IMG/VR virus record: IMGVR_UViG_3300021963_006848
Span: 1-64,000 of that record
Strand: one strand, 5' to 3'
DNA from: a virus
DNA: 64,000 nucleotides
Below, piece after piece: positions 37,537 to 47,977 of the stretch. The position numbers and the translations under genes are program-made. Each line of letters opens with the position of its first letter. Within the stretch, counting starts at the first letter, position 1. The notes below the pieces were generated by a model. The model had not been told where the DNA came from and made no database searches. It saw only the letters and a list, made by a program, of their open reading frames with translations.

Positions 37537-38333
37537 AGTTGCTCTAGAGTTATACGTTCGAATCGTTTATCTGCAGGATTATTATTTGACAATATACGAA
37601 CTTTTATTTCATTTTCCAAGAACCAATCATACATTTTATCCGTACACTCAATTGTGTGAAGTAACTCTTCATACTCAGGACCTCCTCCTACATCTACTTT
37701 ATAAAGATCTTTAGCATGTTGGTCGATCCAATTAGTATCAACTGACATTAAATTGTTAGAAGGATACTTGCTTAAATCTCCAATATCCCAACCTATTGTA
37801 ACTATATCTTTACATCCTAAATGTAATGCTAAAGGAAAACCTGATTCATACATTATACCTGGGCCCCATACTAATTTACCTTCTCCGTATAATTTCCAAT
37901 TATCAAAGTTTCTAGTATACGCAGTAGTCTGATCTTTAGTAACCCAGGGTGTTGAGTAGACAGGAATAGCTAAGTCTATACGTTGGTCCCATTGTTGGAT
38001 ACGGTCTAACTCTCCTTGTATATTCATAGCAGTCAACTGCCAATGTCTAATTGTATTCTCAGAAAAGTATTCGTAAGGCTGGTAATTATATACAGACAGT
38101 AAATGAAAATCTACTACCTCTTTTATATACTCATAAGATTGCTTACAAGCAATTACTAGCTTACCTTCTAACTTTTCTATTAAGGAATCTCTATCATGAG
38201 ATAAAAGAGAAGGACCGCATGTAACTAAGTATGCAGTCTCTCCTTTATAAGTGTCTTTTAATAGCTGTATTCTTTCGAAGGAATCTTCTTGAGATCTTAG
38301 CTTAGCTAATACGCTTGGTGTTGCTGAATTCAT
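37533..38333 (-). CDS. Maf/DUF115-like nonulosonate transferase-like protein
   Basis: AYLVTCGPSL, ALHLGCKDIVTIGWD. Confidence 0.65.
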   Translation of the reverse strand: MNSATPSVLAKLRSQEDSFERIQLLKDTYKGETAYLVTCGPSLLSHDRDSLIEKLEGKLVIACKQSYEYIKEVVDFHLLSVYNYQPYEYFSENTIRHWQLTAMNIQGELDRIQQWDQRIDLAIPVYSTPWVTKDQTTAYTRNFDNWKLYGEGKLVWGPGIMYESGFPLALHLGCKDIVTIGWDIGDLSKYPSNNLMSVDTNWIDQHAKDLYKVDVGGGPEYEELLHTIECTDKMYDWFLENEIKVRILSNNNPADKRFERITLEQL

Positions 38334-39009
38334 TATATAAAACCTCTCCTACTTTAAATTGCCAGTCGTAGTCGATATCGAATGCTTCTAATTCTGGCAT
38401 TGTGAATAATTTAATTCCTCCTGGTGCTTGAAAGTCTCCCATAAATCTATCTTGAGCGATAAGATCTAATCTAGAAGCATATAATACGTGAGCTGCTTCA
38501 TAGGTAGGTTCTACTGCTTTAGTATTCATTATAGTCTGATCTTCAGGCCATGGTGTAACTAAAGCACCTTCTTTATTCCAATAGTATTGCTTTTTTTCTA
38601 TAACTGCAAAAAGGTTTTCTTCTTCTTGAACTATAAACTGTCTTACAAAGGAATCAATAGTATCTGTTGTTAGTAGAGGATTACATCCGGAAATTAGAAC
38701 TACATACTTATACCAAGGTGGTAATTTATCATGCCATTCATAAATCTTCTGTAAACTATTATCGTTGTTTGCTGATTCGTGGCTTCTCCCAAATACGTAA
38801 ACTCCTTTTTGTGCTGCTATATTAGATAGCTCTTCTTCGTGTACTGAAGCAACAATGTTATTACGTGGAATTACATCGGAATCCAATAACTTATCTAATA
38901 CTAATTCAAATAGATTTGTATCTGCGAAAGGCTTGATCATCTTTCGAGGTACTCTTTGACTATTAAGTCTTGCCTGTACTACGAATGCAATTTCTGCTAT
39001 ATCTTTCAT
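38302..39009 (-). CDS. neuA: acylneuraminate cytidylyltransferase (CMP-nonulosonate synthetase)
   Basis: QARLNSQRVPRKM, NPLL, FDIDYDWQF. Confidence 0.85.
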   Translation of the reverse strand: MKDIAEIAFVVQARLNSQRVPRKMIKPFADTNLFELVLDKLLDSDVIPRNNIVASVHEEELSNIAAQKGVYVFGRSHESANNDNSLQKIYEWHDKLPPWYKYVVLISGCNPLLTTDTIDSFVRQFIVQEEENLFAVIEKKQYYWNKEGALVTPWPEDQTIMNTKAVEPTYEAAHVLYASRLDLIAQDRFMGDFQAPGGIKLFTMPELEAFDIDYDWQFKVGEVLYNEFSNTKRIS

Positions 39010-39695
39010 ATTAGTTTTTTTGTTTCTTCTGTTAATGGAAAAAATTCTCTACTGATAGGTGTTCCTATATTGTAATCAAATCCTTCTCCTAGATTTTGTA
39101 AAGTTTCATGTCCTCTAACTCCTTTCAATACTGTATAAGCATCTGTAAAAATACTTAAATAAGACATTGGATGTCCTTCGTAATCTCTCCTAGTATCTGT
39201 AGGCTTTAATCCTTTATGTTTAGTGAAGGCATGTATGTTACTAAAATCTTTATTAAATCCATCAAACCCAGCAAAGTAAATTATATGAGCTTCTGTAGAT
39301 AAAGCAAGCTGTATTAACCTAAAAGCGGCTCCAGATTTGTAAGCTGGGCGGTTATTATCTTTGAAAAACTGTAACTCTGTTTCGTGAATAGGTATATTGA
39401 TAGTTTCTTTAAACTTACGAAACTCTGAAGTGTTTTGCTTGCCGCGGTAATGAGAAGTTTCGAAAACTACTGTTGTATTACTATTAGTAAGTTTCTTAAT
39501 TAACCTTTCTTCTTTAAGGGGAGTTGTGTACGCAAGTACGTAGAAATCAATCTCTTGATTCAAAACTCTAGGCTCTAAATAGAAATCGTTACATGTCCAT
39601 AAATAATCGTAAGGAAGATTCTCCCACTTAGTATCTAAAGTAGATTGCCCTCCTCCTAGTATTAATATTTTTTTATCTTTATACTTTGCTAGCAT
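39006..39695 (-). CDS. sialyltransferase/Maf-like protein
   Basis: ILILGGGQS, CNDFY, SG..LIQLA, IYFAGFDG. Confidence 0.6.
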   Translation of the reverse strand: MLAKYKDKKILILGGGQSTLDTKWENLPYDYLWTCNDFYLEPRVLNQEIDFYVLAYTTPLKEERLIKKLTNSNTTVVFETSHYRGKQNTSEFRKFKETINIPIHETELQFFKDNNRPAYKSGAAFRLIQLALSTEAHIIYFAGFDGFNKDFSNIHAFTKHKGLKPTDTRRDYEGHPMSYLSIFTDAYTVLKGVRGHETLQNLGEGFDYNIGTPISREFFPLTEETKKLI

Positions 39696-40410
39696 TATTT
39701 TTCTTTTTAAGAGTGCTCCAGAAAGTATGAGTACTGCCTTCTGCTTCTCTTACTTTTCCTCTGTATCTGTAGTTAAAAATATAATGGTATCCGCTATCAT
39801 ACTGTTCGGACAGCGGTCCAATAAACTCAAAATTATTAAAAATTTCTTCCCATTGAGATTTTTTCTTTATCTCATGAGAAAGATGTAGATTAGTCTTTTT
39901 GTCTACTTTAGAAGGTTCAAACCACGGTGATAAACTAAATGCAAAAATACCTTCATCTGATAAATGGTTATATACGTTCTTTGCAAATGTAGCTAAATTT
40001 TCTGGAGCTATATGTTCAATAACTTCCCATGCATTTATCAGATCAAACTTAACTTCTTTTTCAGATTCTAATATTTGAAAAGGTTTACTGATATCACAAG
40101 TAAATAAATTCTTATTATGTAACTTAGTCCAATTGTCTACCTGATTAATTACAGGCCAGTTACTTCCTTCTAATCCGACTGTTAAACATCCTCTTTTTAA
40201 AAAATCAGATACAAGGTAACCACTTGCGGCTCCTAAGTCTAAAACTCTTAAGTCTGGTTTTTTAAAGTAATCTACAACTTCATCTGCAAACGGATTAAAT
40301 CCATCCGACCAGGTATAATAAGGACCCCCTAAGATATTCTTAGTACCTTGGGGGTAAATATGGTCCGGTGAATCTACCGCTATCGGAAAGTCTGTGAGTA
40401 CTTTAAACAT
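39679..40410 (-). CDS. class I SAM-dependent methyltransferase
   Basis: VLDLGAASG, FDLI...EVIEHI. Confidence 0.85.
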   Translation of the reverse strand: MFKVLTDFPIAVDSPDHIYPQGTKNILGGPYYTWSDGFNPFADEVVDYFKKPDLRVLDLGAASGYLVSDFLKRGCLTVGLEGSNWPVINQVDNWTKLHNKNLFTCDISKPFQILESEKEVKFDLINAWEVIEHIAPENLATFAKNVYNHLSDEGIFAFSLSPWFEPSKVDKKTNLHLSHEIKKKSQWEEIFNNFEFIGPLSEQYDSGYHYIFNYRYRGKVREAEGSTHTFWSTLKKKNNASKV

Positions 40411-41261
40411 TATCCTCTTAGTTTAGCTCGTACTGGTTTTTCTGATTCTGTAACTTGTATAACACCGTCGCCAAAAGCTTCTTCTAATTCTCTAATACCA
40501 CTTACAAGTTTAAATAATCCTTGCGGCTCTACCGATGCTAAATGATCAGAACCCCACATTTGTCTATCTAATGTAATATGTCGTTCTATAATAGAAGCTC
40601 CTAAGTAAACTGCAGCTACTGTTGTACCTAATCTAAACTCATGACCTGAGTAACCAATTTCAAAGTCTGGATATTCTGCACTTAGAGTCTGAATACCAGA
40701 AAGGTTTAGTTCATTGATTGGAGCTGGATAGGTAGAGTTACAATGTAGTAATCCAATCGTATGAGGATTATTGTGGATTAACTTAGCTTTACGTAACACT
40801 GCTACTGCGTTATCAATTTCTTCTCTTGTAGACATACCTGTCGAAAAGATAACTCTTTTACCTGAAGCTACGCACCCTTCTAATAACTCGTTATTTGTTA
40901 ACATTGCTGATGGTACTTTCAAAAACGGGACATCGTACTGTTTTAAGAATTCTAGAGAATCCATATCCCAAGGAGATGCAGACCATTCAATACCGTGAGA
41001 TTTACAATGAGCATCAATAGCGTCATACTCAGCTTTTTCAAACTCTACCTTATACTTATAGTCTAAGTAAGTCATTTGACCCCATGGAGTATCCCTCATT
41101 ACATTTTTTTGATGCTCAGGTACACATACGTCTGGGTTTCTCTTTTGAAACTTAACTGCATCACATCCAGCGGCGGCTGCAATATCAATTAGTCTTAATG
41201 CGTTTTTCAAGTCGCCGTTATGGTTAATTCCAATCTCGGCAATGATGTAAGTCTTTTTCAT
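40410..41261 (-). CDS. neuB: N-acetylneuraminate synthase family (short form, apparently no C-terminal AFP domain)
   Basis: IAEIGINHNG, AVKFQ, LHCNSTYP, GYSGHE, IERHITLD. Confidence 0.92.
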   Translation of the reverse strand: MKKTYIIAEIGINHNGDLKNALRLIDIAAAAGCDAVKFQKRNPDVCVPEHQKNVMRDTPWGQMTYLDYKYKVEFEKAEYDAIDAHCKSHGIEWSASPWDMDSLEFLKQYDVPFLKVPSAMLTNNELLEGCVASGKRVIFSTGMSTREEIDNAVAVLRKAKLIHNNPHTIGLLHCNSTYPAPINELNLSGIQTLSAEYPDFEIGYSGHEFRLGTTVAAVYLGASIIERHITLDRQMWGSDHLASVEPQGLFKLVSGIRELEEAFGDGVIQVTESEKPVRAKLRG

Positions 41262-41264
41262 ATT

Positions 41265-41576
41265 TTAATCTAAGTAAATTTCTTCAATTCTACAACTCTT
41301 ATCACAGATAAGTAAATCATATGGAGGTTTTTCTCCTACTATGAGGTTATGAAATTTACAACCCCAAGTATTTAATTGGAATAGAGTTAAGTCTTCGTAT
41401 TCTGGAATTCTATCTCGATGTACAGACCCTCTTGCAGTCCAGTAGGTAATTGTATTACCTTCATCGTACAGCTTATTAATTTTTTCTATATTACTAAGGT
41501 TAGGAAGTGCGTACTGGTATTCTCTTTCTCCTTCGTAATAGCAAATCGTTTCATCGATGTCTACGTATATGTTCAT
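41265..41576 (-). CDS. HAD-family phosphatase
   Basis: DIDETI, WTARG, KP, CDK. Confidence 0.75.
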   Translation of the reverse strand: MNIYVDIDETICYYEGEREYQYALPNLSNIEKINKLYDEGNTITYWTARGSVHRDRIPEYEDLTLFQLNTWGCKFHNLIVGEKPPYDLLICDKSCRIEEIYLD

Positions 41577-41578
41577 AA

Positions 41579-42205
41579 CTATAAAGTTTCGTAATAACTA
41601 TTTTGTCTCTCTTGACGAGCTATATCTTTTGGATGATATAGAGCTAAACTCTGTTCAGCTGGTAATGGTGCATATGTCTTAAAGCCTTCTAACCTTTCGT
41701 GTACTTTGTTAACCCATTTGATCTCAGGTTTATTTTTCCAAATTCTCCATTGATAGTCAGGCCAATTAACTCTGCCGTTAATATCAACATACCAGCCCCA
41801 TTTATTAATATGCTCCATTGTAAGTCCTTCTACGGTATTTACTCTAGGAACTAAAAGAACTTCTAGATCAGTATTTTCTTCTAGAATTCCTGGAAGAGCA
41901 TCTATTAAGTACTTATGTGGTATTTCATCAGCATCAATCTGAAAAATGTAATCACCGGTGCAGTAAGATGTTAGTTTATTTTTCCAATCTGCAAAATGAC
42001 CTTCAAACCATAAACCTCTCCAAAACTGAATATTAGGGTAGATATTCATCTTAGTTAACCATTCAGCTACTCGCTCATCACCGTTCTTTTGATCATATAA
42101 AATAATTACTTCATCTTGTACTCTTTTATTTTCTTTTAAAAAAGTAACAAGCTTCTGAATTTCTTCATACTCATTGCAGACAGTTATTGCATAACTAATT
42201 TTCAT
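41579..42205 (-). CDS. glycosyltransferase family 2
   Basis: TVCNE, IDADE, WPDYQ.R, VHE. Confidence 0.85.
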   Translation of the reverse strand: MKISYAITVCNEYEEIQKLVTFLKENKRVQDEVIILYDQKNGDERVAEWLTKMNIYPNIQFWRGLWFEGHFADWKNKLTSYCTGDYIFQIDADEIPHKYLIDALPGILEENTDLEVLLVPRVNTVEGLTMEHINKWGWYVDINGRVNWPDYQWRIWKNKPEIKWVNKVHERLEGFKTYAPLPAEQSLALYHPKDIARQERQNSYYETL

Positions 42206-42206
42206 A

Positions 42207-42656
42207 CTATAACTCTACTTGAAAGAATCCAATATATTCTAATGCATCCATGAAATCTCTTTGTCCAAACTTTTTCAAGTTCTGCATATCCATCTTAAAG
42301 TTATGACCTTCAGGATACTTCTTACTATCTAACTCTTCTTGAGTTAGTTTAATAGCACGTACTCCAGCCCAAGACCATTCTTTAGATGTAGTACCATCTA
42401 AAAATACCATTCCTTTTTCTGGTATAGTGATCGTAGCAGGTAACCATGCTAGGTTTGTATCATCTACAAACTTAAGATCTTTGTATAACTCTGGAGAAGA
42501 TTCTACAGCTGTTTTTACAACTGCTCCATTTTCTTGCATTACTGTTGATGTAGTAAAACCACATGCCATACAAAGCCATGTCTTAGTCTTATCGTCTATA
42601 TGCTGTTCATAACAAGCATTACCTCCACATCTTTTACAGGTTGTTAACGTATCCAT
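42207..42656 (-). CDS. zinc-ribbon hypothetical protein
   Basis: CKRC...CMAC. Confidence 0.7.
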   Translation of the reverse strand: MDTLTTCKRCGGNACYEQHIDDKTKTWLCMACGFTTSTVMQENGAVVKTAVESSPELYKDLKFVDDTNLAWLPATITIPEKGMVFLDGTTSKEWSWAGVRAIKLTQEELDSKKYPEGHNFKMDMQNLKKFGQRDFMDALEYIGFFQVEL

Positions 42657-42657
42657 A

Positions 42658-43935
42658 TTAATCTATTTTTTCTAATTTTGGTAAATTTAATTTAGGGAGC
42701 ATTAGCTCTATCTGTTTAGGGAACACCGGTACGTAATTTGTTAGGATCTCGTCCAAAGCTTCTTTCATCTTATCAAAGCTGAAATTAGTTCTATTTTTAT
42801 ACCCTAACTTCTTAGCATTAACTCGATACTTATCATAATTTTTATACAACTCTTTCATTGCCACAATTGCATGATTATCATAAGGAAAAAACCAACTACT
42901 ACCTTCAACTAAAACTTCTTCTGCTATTGAGCTTTTATGTAGAGGTTTTAATTCTCCACCAACTAAAATCGATAACTCCTTATCAAGAAAATCTATATGT
43001 CCAGACCAAGCTGATGCGATAATAGGTTTATTTACTAAGCTAAATTCTAATAGAGGTCTGCCGAAGCCTTCTCCTTTAGTTAAGCTAACCATAGCTTTTA
43101 CTTTAGCGTTATTATACAACTCATTCATTTCTTCATCTGTCAAGTCTCCATGAAGTAAGTATATATTAGGTAAAGTACCTTTAACTTCGTTTCTGATCTT
43201 TTCTATATTGTTTAAGATCTTATTTCTATCCATAATAGAAGATGTAACCATACTTACCTTTAATATAAGAGCTGGTGGATTAGGCTTATTTTTAAATGCT
43301 TCTAAGAACAATCTAACAAGCAATCCGATATTCTTTCTATCATGACCTAATGCTCCGGGTAGCCAATGCCCTACTGCTAAAAAACAAAAGGCTTCAGGTA
43401 TGTCATTTTTTAAATTAAACCTAGTAGGTAATTCTAATGGACGGTACTTATTTGTATCTGCGCCCTCAAATAGAATCTCAATAGGTTTAGTTACTTCAAT
43501 TTTCTCTCTAGTACCTCTTGCTGTATCTGTCATATCGTACTTACTTTCTTCAAATACTAACTTAGAATGTGCTGAAGATGTTAGTACTAAGTCCATTACA
43601 TTACACCCCATTACCCATTGAGGAGAAGCTAATGTAGTCTCTATACCGGCAGTTACTCCAATATTAAACTTACCTACTCTTTGAAACTCATTAGGTACAG
43701 TAATCTGAATCCAAATATCCGGTTCATAAGTTAACTGCGGTATAATAAGGCTTGCTAGGTCGTCTCGTTTATGATCATCTAAATAACCCTGTCTTGTATT
43801 CCCCCATCGTTGAGATAAGATACGTACATCGTATTTCTCTAATGCTAATAAAGCTTGTACAAAATCTCTTGCTCTAGCTCCATATCCGGAGTAGGTATCT
43901 ACTGGGCAGCTTACTACAACCTTTATCTTACTCAT
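42658..43935 (-). CDS. GT-B (family 4-like) glycosyltransferase
   Basis: SGYG, RKN, GEGFGRPLLE. Confidence 0.85.
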   Translation of the reverse strand: MSKIKVVVSCPVDTYSGYGARARDFVQALLALEKYDVRILSQRWGNTRQGYLDDHKRDDLASLIIPQLTYEPDIWIQITVPNEFQRVGKFNIGVTAGIETTLASPQWVMGCNVMDLVLTSSAHSKLVFEESKYDMTDTARGTREKIEVTKPIEILFEGADTNKYRPLELPTRFNLKNDIPEAFCFLAVGHWLPGALGHDRKNIGLLVRLFLEAFKNKPNPPALILKVSMVTSSIMDRNKILNNIEKIRNEVKGTLPNIYLLHGDLTDEEMNELYNNAKVKAMVSLTKGEGFGRPLLEFSLVNKPIIASAWSGHIDFLDKELSILVGGELKPLHKSSIAEEVLVEGSSWFFPYDNHAIVAMKELYKNYDKYRVNAKKLGYKNRTNFSFDKMKEALDEILTNYVPVFPKQIELMLPKLNLPKLEKID

Positions 43936-45382
43936 AACTATATTTACTTAATTTATGTTGAATGTAATTTTTATCTAATTTGTCTACTCGGATAATATCG
44001 TACTTACCTCTAGGTGTAAACGTATTAAAAGTTTCATCTATTGCTGCAATTACGTTCTTACCCATGTTGGTAGCTGTCATCATCGCTTCATCAGATAGTA
44101 CCCACTCTCGTCCAGCTGCTCCTCTCTTTACTCTTTCCTCAGGACTCATGTTATAAACTTTCTCTATTGCGAGTGCTATATCTTCTGGTGAACTTCTATC
44201 GTCAAAGATATAAGGTGTTTGTGGGGATCCTACTAACGATAAGTTAGATGGGAAAACCGGTACAGCCCATTCTCCGCATTCTTTGATAGTACCTCTATGA
44301 TTAGATGGAAAGTCTTTAGTTAATTCGACCCATTTACCATCTTTAGAGAATCTCATCTGGTCTTGCATTCCACCGGTTACGTTAGCAATAATCATAGTAC
44401 CTGTCATCATAGACTCTGTTAAGGATAATCCCCAACCTTCGTTAGCTGAAGTAAGTACTGTTACGTCTGCTAAGTTATAAAGCAGGTTCATTTGTGCTGT
44501 GTTTAATCTCTCTGCTGAGAAGAATACATTCACATAAGAAGGATCACATAAAGCTTCTTTTACTGCTGCAAGATCTGTACCGTTTTGGTCTACTACTTGA
44601 GTATGCATAACTAAAGCACATTTCTTAGCTGCTTCTTCTCCGATGTTATCACAGAAGAACCTATAAGCTAAAATTAGATCTTCTACTTTCTTTCTATGTA
44701 TGTTTCGTGAATTAAAGAATACTACATATTGTATATCTTTTCCTTTAAATACCTCTTTTTTAAACTCTACAAACTTATCCCAATCTTCATAACTTTCAGT
44801 AATAGGGAAGAAGTACTTTTCATTTACTCCGTGAGGTACGTACTTAATAACCTTATCTTCAGCTTTATCTCCTAATACAAGCTCGTTAATTAATTTTGTC
44901 TGTTTAGAGATAGCCATTAATAAATCTACCGATTCATAGTAAGGCTTGTTATACATTGGAGTAGGATAATTATCCCAGATATTCAAATAGAAAATAGGTA
45001 TTTTAGACCTGATTTCTCTCTCCATATCAAACAACCATATCCAATATCGAGGATCTGTAAAAATAAAGATAGCATCGGGTTTTTCATCCTTTAATAATTT
45101 TCTAAGCTTAAACGGATCTCCATATCCTGTGCTTGGATAAATTTTAACAGAAGCATCTTCTACCCCTGTTTCTTTTGAAGTATCTTCAGATAGGTCTATG
45201 ATTGTACCTTCTTCTTTGTGTTGAACAGCAGCTCCAAGATTTACCCAATTATAACGATGAGCAGTAGCTAGTACAATTTCTTTAGCCATTGTACCTACAC
45301 CTGAATGTACTCTAATATCATCGCATAAAAGTAAAATCTTTTTACGCTCTTCTTTCTTCAAATAACCAATTCTTTCTTGCAT
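43928..45382 (-). CDS. GT-B (family 4-like) glycosyltransferase
   Basis: PHGV, RN..RK, NEGWGLSLTE. Confidence 0.85.
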   Translation of the reverse strand: MQERIGYLKKEERKKILLLCDDIRVHSGVGTMAKEIVLATAHRYNWVNLGAAVQHKEEGTIIDLSEDTSKETGVEDASVKIYPSTGYGDPFKLRKLLKDEKPDAIFIFTDPRYWIWLFDMEREIRSKIPIFYLNIWDNYPTPMYNKPYYESVDLLMAISKQTKLINELVLGDKAEDKVIKYVPHGVNEKYFFPITESYEDWDKFVEFKKEVFKGKDIQYVVFFNSRNIHRKKVEDLILAYRFFCDNIGEEAAKKCALVMHTQVVDQNGTDLAAVKEALCDPSYVNVFFSAERLNTAQMNLLYNLADVTVLTSANEGWGLSLTESMMTGTMIIANVTGGMQDQMRFSKDGKWVELTKDFPSNHRGTIKECGEWAVPVFPSNLSLVGSPQTPYIFDDRSSPEDIALAIEKVYNMSPEERVKRGAAGREWVLSDEAMMTATNMGKNVIAAIDETFNTFTPRGKYDIIRVDKLDKNYIQHKLSKYSYE

Positions 45383-45387
45383 GTAAC

Positions 45388-45576
45388 TTATTTAACTTTT
45401 GTGTCTGTTTGATCGTGAATTTTTTCTCTAAACTCCTTATCTGTAATATAAAGAAAAATCGCTCGTGAAGCAAGCTTTTGAAAAGAAAATTTGTACTTTA
45501 CACAGGTAAATTTAAACTGCTGCAATAAATCTTCTTCCAACTGAACTGTTGTTAGTTTTTTAGGACCATTACTCAT
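45388..45576 (-). CDS. small ribbon-helix-helix-like DNA-binding protein
   Basis: LTTVQL strand followed by two helices. Confidence 0.5.
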   Translation of the reverse strand: MSNGPKKLTTVQLEEDLLQQFKFTCVKYKFSFQKLASRAIFLYITDKEFREKIHDQTDTKVK

Positions 45577-45618
45577 AACTTATAGTATTATATACATATA
45601 TAAATATATAGAAAATAC

Positions 45619-46551
45619 CTAAACACCTTGTGGGCATATAGGATTATTTCTGAAAACGCAAAATCTACAACTACTCTCAGATGGAGTAGCTTGAAAATCT
45701 TTATCAAAAAAGTTTCCAGCTTCGTCTAATGTCTCTTTGACAAACTTAGTCATCATAGCAACAGCTTCACCTCTTTTTATTTTACCAGATGGTGGTTTGA
45801 ATTCTTGGATACGTCTTTGCATCGAAGCAAACTCAGCTTCCATTGGAACTTTTCTTTTTAAAATATAATAGACAACTTCAATCTTATCAATATCGATATC
45901 AAATTGCTTAGCAAAGAACTCTTTATACAAGAGTACTTGAGCAATCTTAGTATTATCTTTCTTTACATAATCTGACCAACCTGAAGTAGATGTCTTTAAA
46001 TCTATAATATACCACTTGTCTACTGTTTCGTTATATAAAACAATATCGATTAATCCTTTGAAAAATACACCAGGTCTTAACTCTTGATATAGTAAAGTTT
46101 CTATACCTGCTAGATAAGTATTCTTATTAGAAAAATATAAGACTCTCTTCTTCTTTAAAAAATCAAGAATATGAATTCCATCTAAGTAAAATAGATTCAT
46201 CTCATTCTGATCTGAAAAATGCTCATGACTATACATTACTTTCTGAGCTTTGTAGGCTTTCACCATATTCTCTTGAAGTAGACTATGTAGGTCCATTTCA
46301 TTAGCTTTCTTTATAGTATCATTATAAAGTACATCTAACCAGGACTGTATAGTTTCATGCATAGCTGTACCAAATACAGCATGTATAGAAGGTTTGTAAG
46401 GTGCTAAATTTTTAACATAAGTTAAATACCATTGCTTTGGACATGTTTCAAAACTTGATAATTGACTATAGGAGATATGTTTATTAGCCCTAGTTTGTTT
46501 TATTTTACTTTCCTGTACTAGCTTGACTAGTTGTGGTATTTTCTTGGGCAT
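45619..46551 (-). CDS. PD-(D/E)XK (RecB/Cas4-like) nuclease
   Basis: SYSQL...CP, G.IDIV, IDLKT, Q...Y, C..C......C. Confidence 0.85.
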   Translation of the reverse strand: MPKKIPQLVKLVQESKIKQTRANKHISYSQLSSFETCPKQWYLTYVKNLAPYKPSIHAVFGTAMHETIQSWLDVLYNDTIKKANEMDLHSLLQENMVKAYKAQKVMYSHEHFSDQNEMNLFYLDGIHILDFLKKKRVLYFSNKNTYLAGIETLLYQELRPGVFFKGLIDIVLYNETVDKWYIIDLKTSTSGWSDYVKKDNTKIAQVLLYKEFFAKQFDIDIDKIEVVYYILKRKVPMEAEFASMQRRIQEFKPPSGKIKRGEAVAMMTKFVKETLDEAGNFFDKDFQATPSESSCRFCVFRNNPICPQGV

Positions 46552-46723
46552 AACCTTTTAATTTTTCTACGTAAACCGCAGCGTCTAATAATTCTTCCTG
46601 TAAATGTGTTAACCAGTCTAAAAAGTTGAGATCATCTCTCTCCATCGTTACACCGTACTTCCGGAAGCCTACATCAGCCCTCTCTAATAATCTCTTGGCA
46701 ATAGCCTCTTCTATTTTGCTCAT
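46505..46723 (-). CDS. all-alpha nucleotide pyrophosphohydrolase-like protein
   Basis: G..KYG...W..HLQEELLDAAVY. Confidence 0.6.
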   Translation of the reverse strand: MSKIEEAIAKRLLERADVGFRKYGVTMERDDLNFLDWLTHLQEELLDAAVYVEKLKGYAQENTTTSQASTGK

Positions 46724-46783
46724 TATATAACTTTTATTTATTCTTTAAAGATATGAAAAATTACGCAGGGTAACAACTTTACT

Positions 46784-47971
46784 TTATAGGTACCTAATCG
46801 TATTGTCTTCGTCTGGTTTTATATTCTTAGACACCCAACCTTCTTTCCCGTTAGAATACTGTACTCTCATTCTGGAAGGAGTCTTCTGTAAAATCTTAAC
46901 TATTTTTATTTGCTCAGGATGATCTTTGATTTCCTTTCCGGATTCATCTACGATCTTCCAGTCATCTTCTAATAGCTTCTCTTCTTCTAATCTGATAGGT
47001 TCTTCTTGGATCTCTCCTTGTATCTTACTCTCTTTATACCTTTGTGCTGCTTCTTGCAATGCTTCGTTAGGTTTAAAGATCTCATCATCATCTAAACCAT
47101 CAGCTATTGTAGCATCCCATTCTTTCATCTCTTCATGATAAGCTTTCTCTTCATACAAGGTCTCTTTTGGTTTTAACTGAGCAAATGCAAAATTAGCTGC
47201 AATTACTAGTGAGATTGCTAGAGGGTCGAATACGAATATGATAATAAGGAGTAGATAGTTAACGATTTGGTCCATAGGAGCTCCGGTAAGTCCGGAAATA
47301 TACTTCAAAGGTCCTAATTCAGCAGCTATATCACTACCTGTTTTTACTTCTATAATTTGATTATCTAACTCAAAAATTTTAGTATTGATATCATCAAGCT
47401 TTATATTAAGAGCTTCTTGTCTAGTATTAGAAGCATCTAATTGTCTTTCTAAAGACTTTCTATCAGCAGAACTACTTGACTGTATTAAGTTACCTTTCTT
47501 ATCTACATAACTAGTTTTGTTATTAGCTAGCCCTGATTGAAGATTAGTCATACTAGTTACTAACCCTTCTTTCTCTTTTACAAGCAAGTCTCTTTGACCT
47601 ATGTAATTAGTTCTTTTAGTTTCTAATAGAGTAACTTGTGCGTCTACAGTACCAGCTCTATTAGCTGTTTCTTGGTATGCACCAGATAAAAACCCATAAA
47701 TACCCATTGATGTAATCAACATAAGTACTATGGTTGCAATTGAGAGATAAGCTCTAAGTACCTTATTTAAAGTATCCCAATACTGGTACAATAGAGATGC
47801 TATTACTAATTTAGCAACTTCTAAAGAAGAAGCCATAATAATAACTTGCAAAGAAGCTCCAGCAAAAAGCTTACCGAGACCTGATACTGAATAAAAGGCC
47901 GCCGATAAGCTTACTGATAATGCTGAAAATGCAATAATGAAGGGGAATATACCTTTACGTAACTTTTCCAT
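46784..47971 (-). CDS. multi-TM coiled-coil membrane protein
   Basis: three N-terminal TMs, a coiled coil, then a TM with FDPLAI. Confidence 0.75.
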   Translation of the reverse strand: MEKLRKGIFPFIIAFSALSVSLSAAFYSVSGLGKLFAGASLQVIIMASSLEVAKLVIASLLYQYWDTLNKVLRAYLSIATIVLMLITSMGIYGFLSGAYQETANRAGTVDAQVTLLETKRTNYIGQRDLLVKEKEGLVTSMTNLQSGLANNKTSYVDKKGNLIQSSSSADRKSLERQLDASNTRQEALNIKLDDINTKIFELDNQIIEVKTGSDIAAELGPLKYISGLTGAPMDQIVNYLLLIIIFVFDPLAISLVIAANFAFAQLKPKETLYEEKAYHEEMKEWDATIADGLDDDEIFKPNEALQEAAQRYKESKIQGEIQEEPIRLEEEKLLEDDWKIVDESGKEIKDHPEQIKIVKILQKTPSRMRVQYSNGKEGWVSKNIKPDEDNTIRYL

Positions 47972-47977
47972 TTATTT

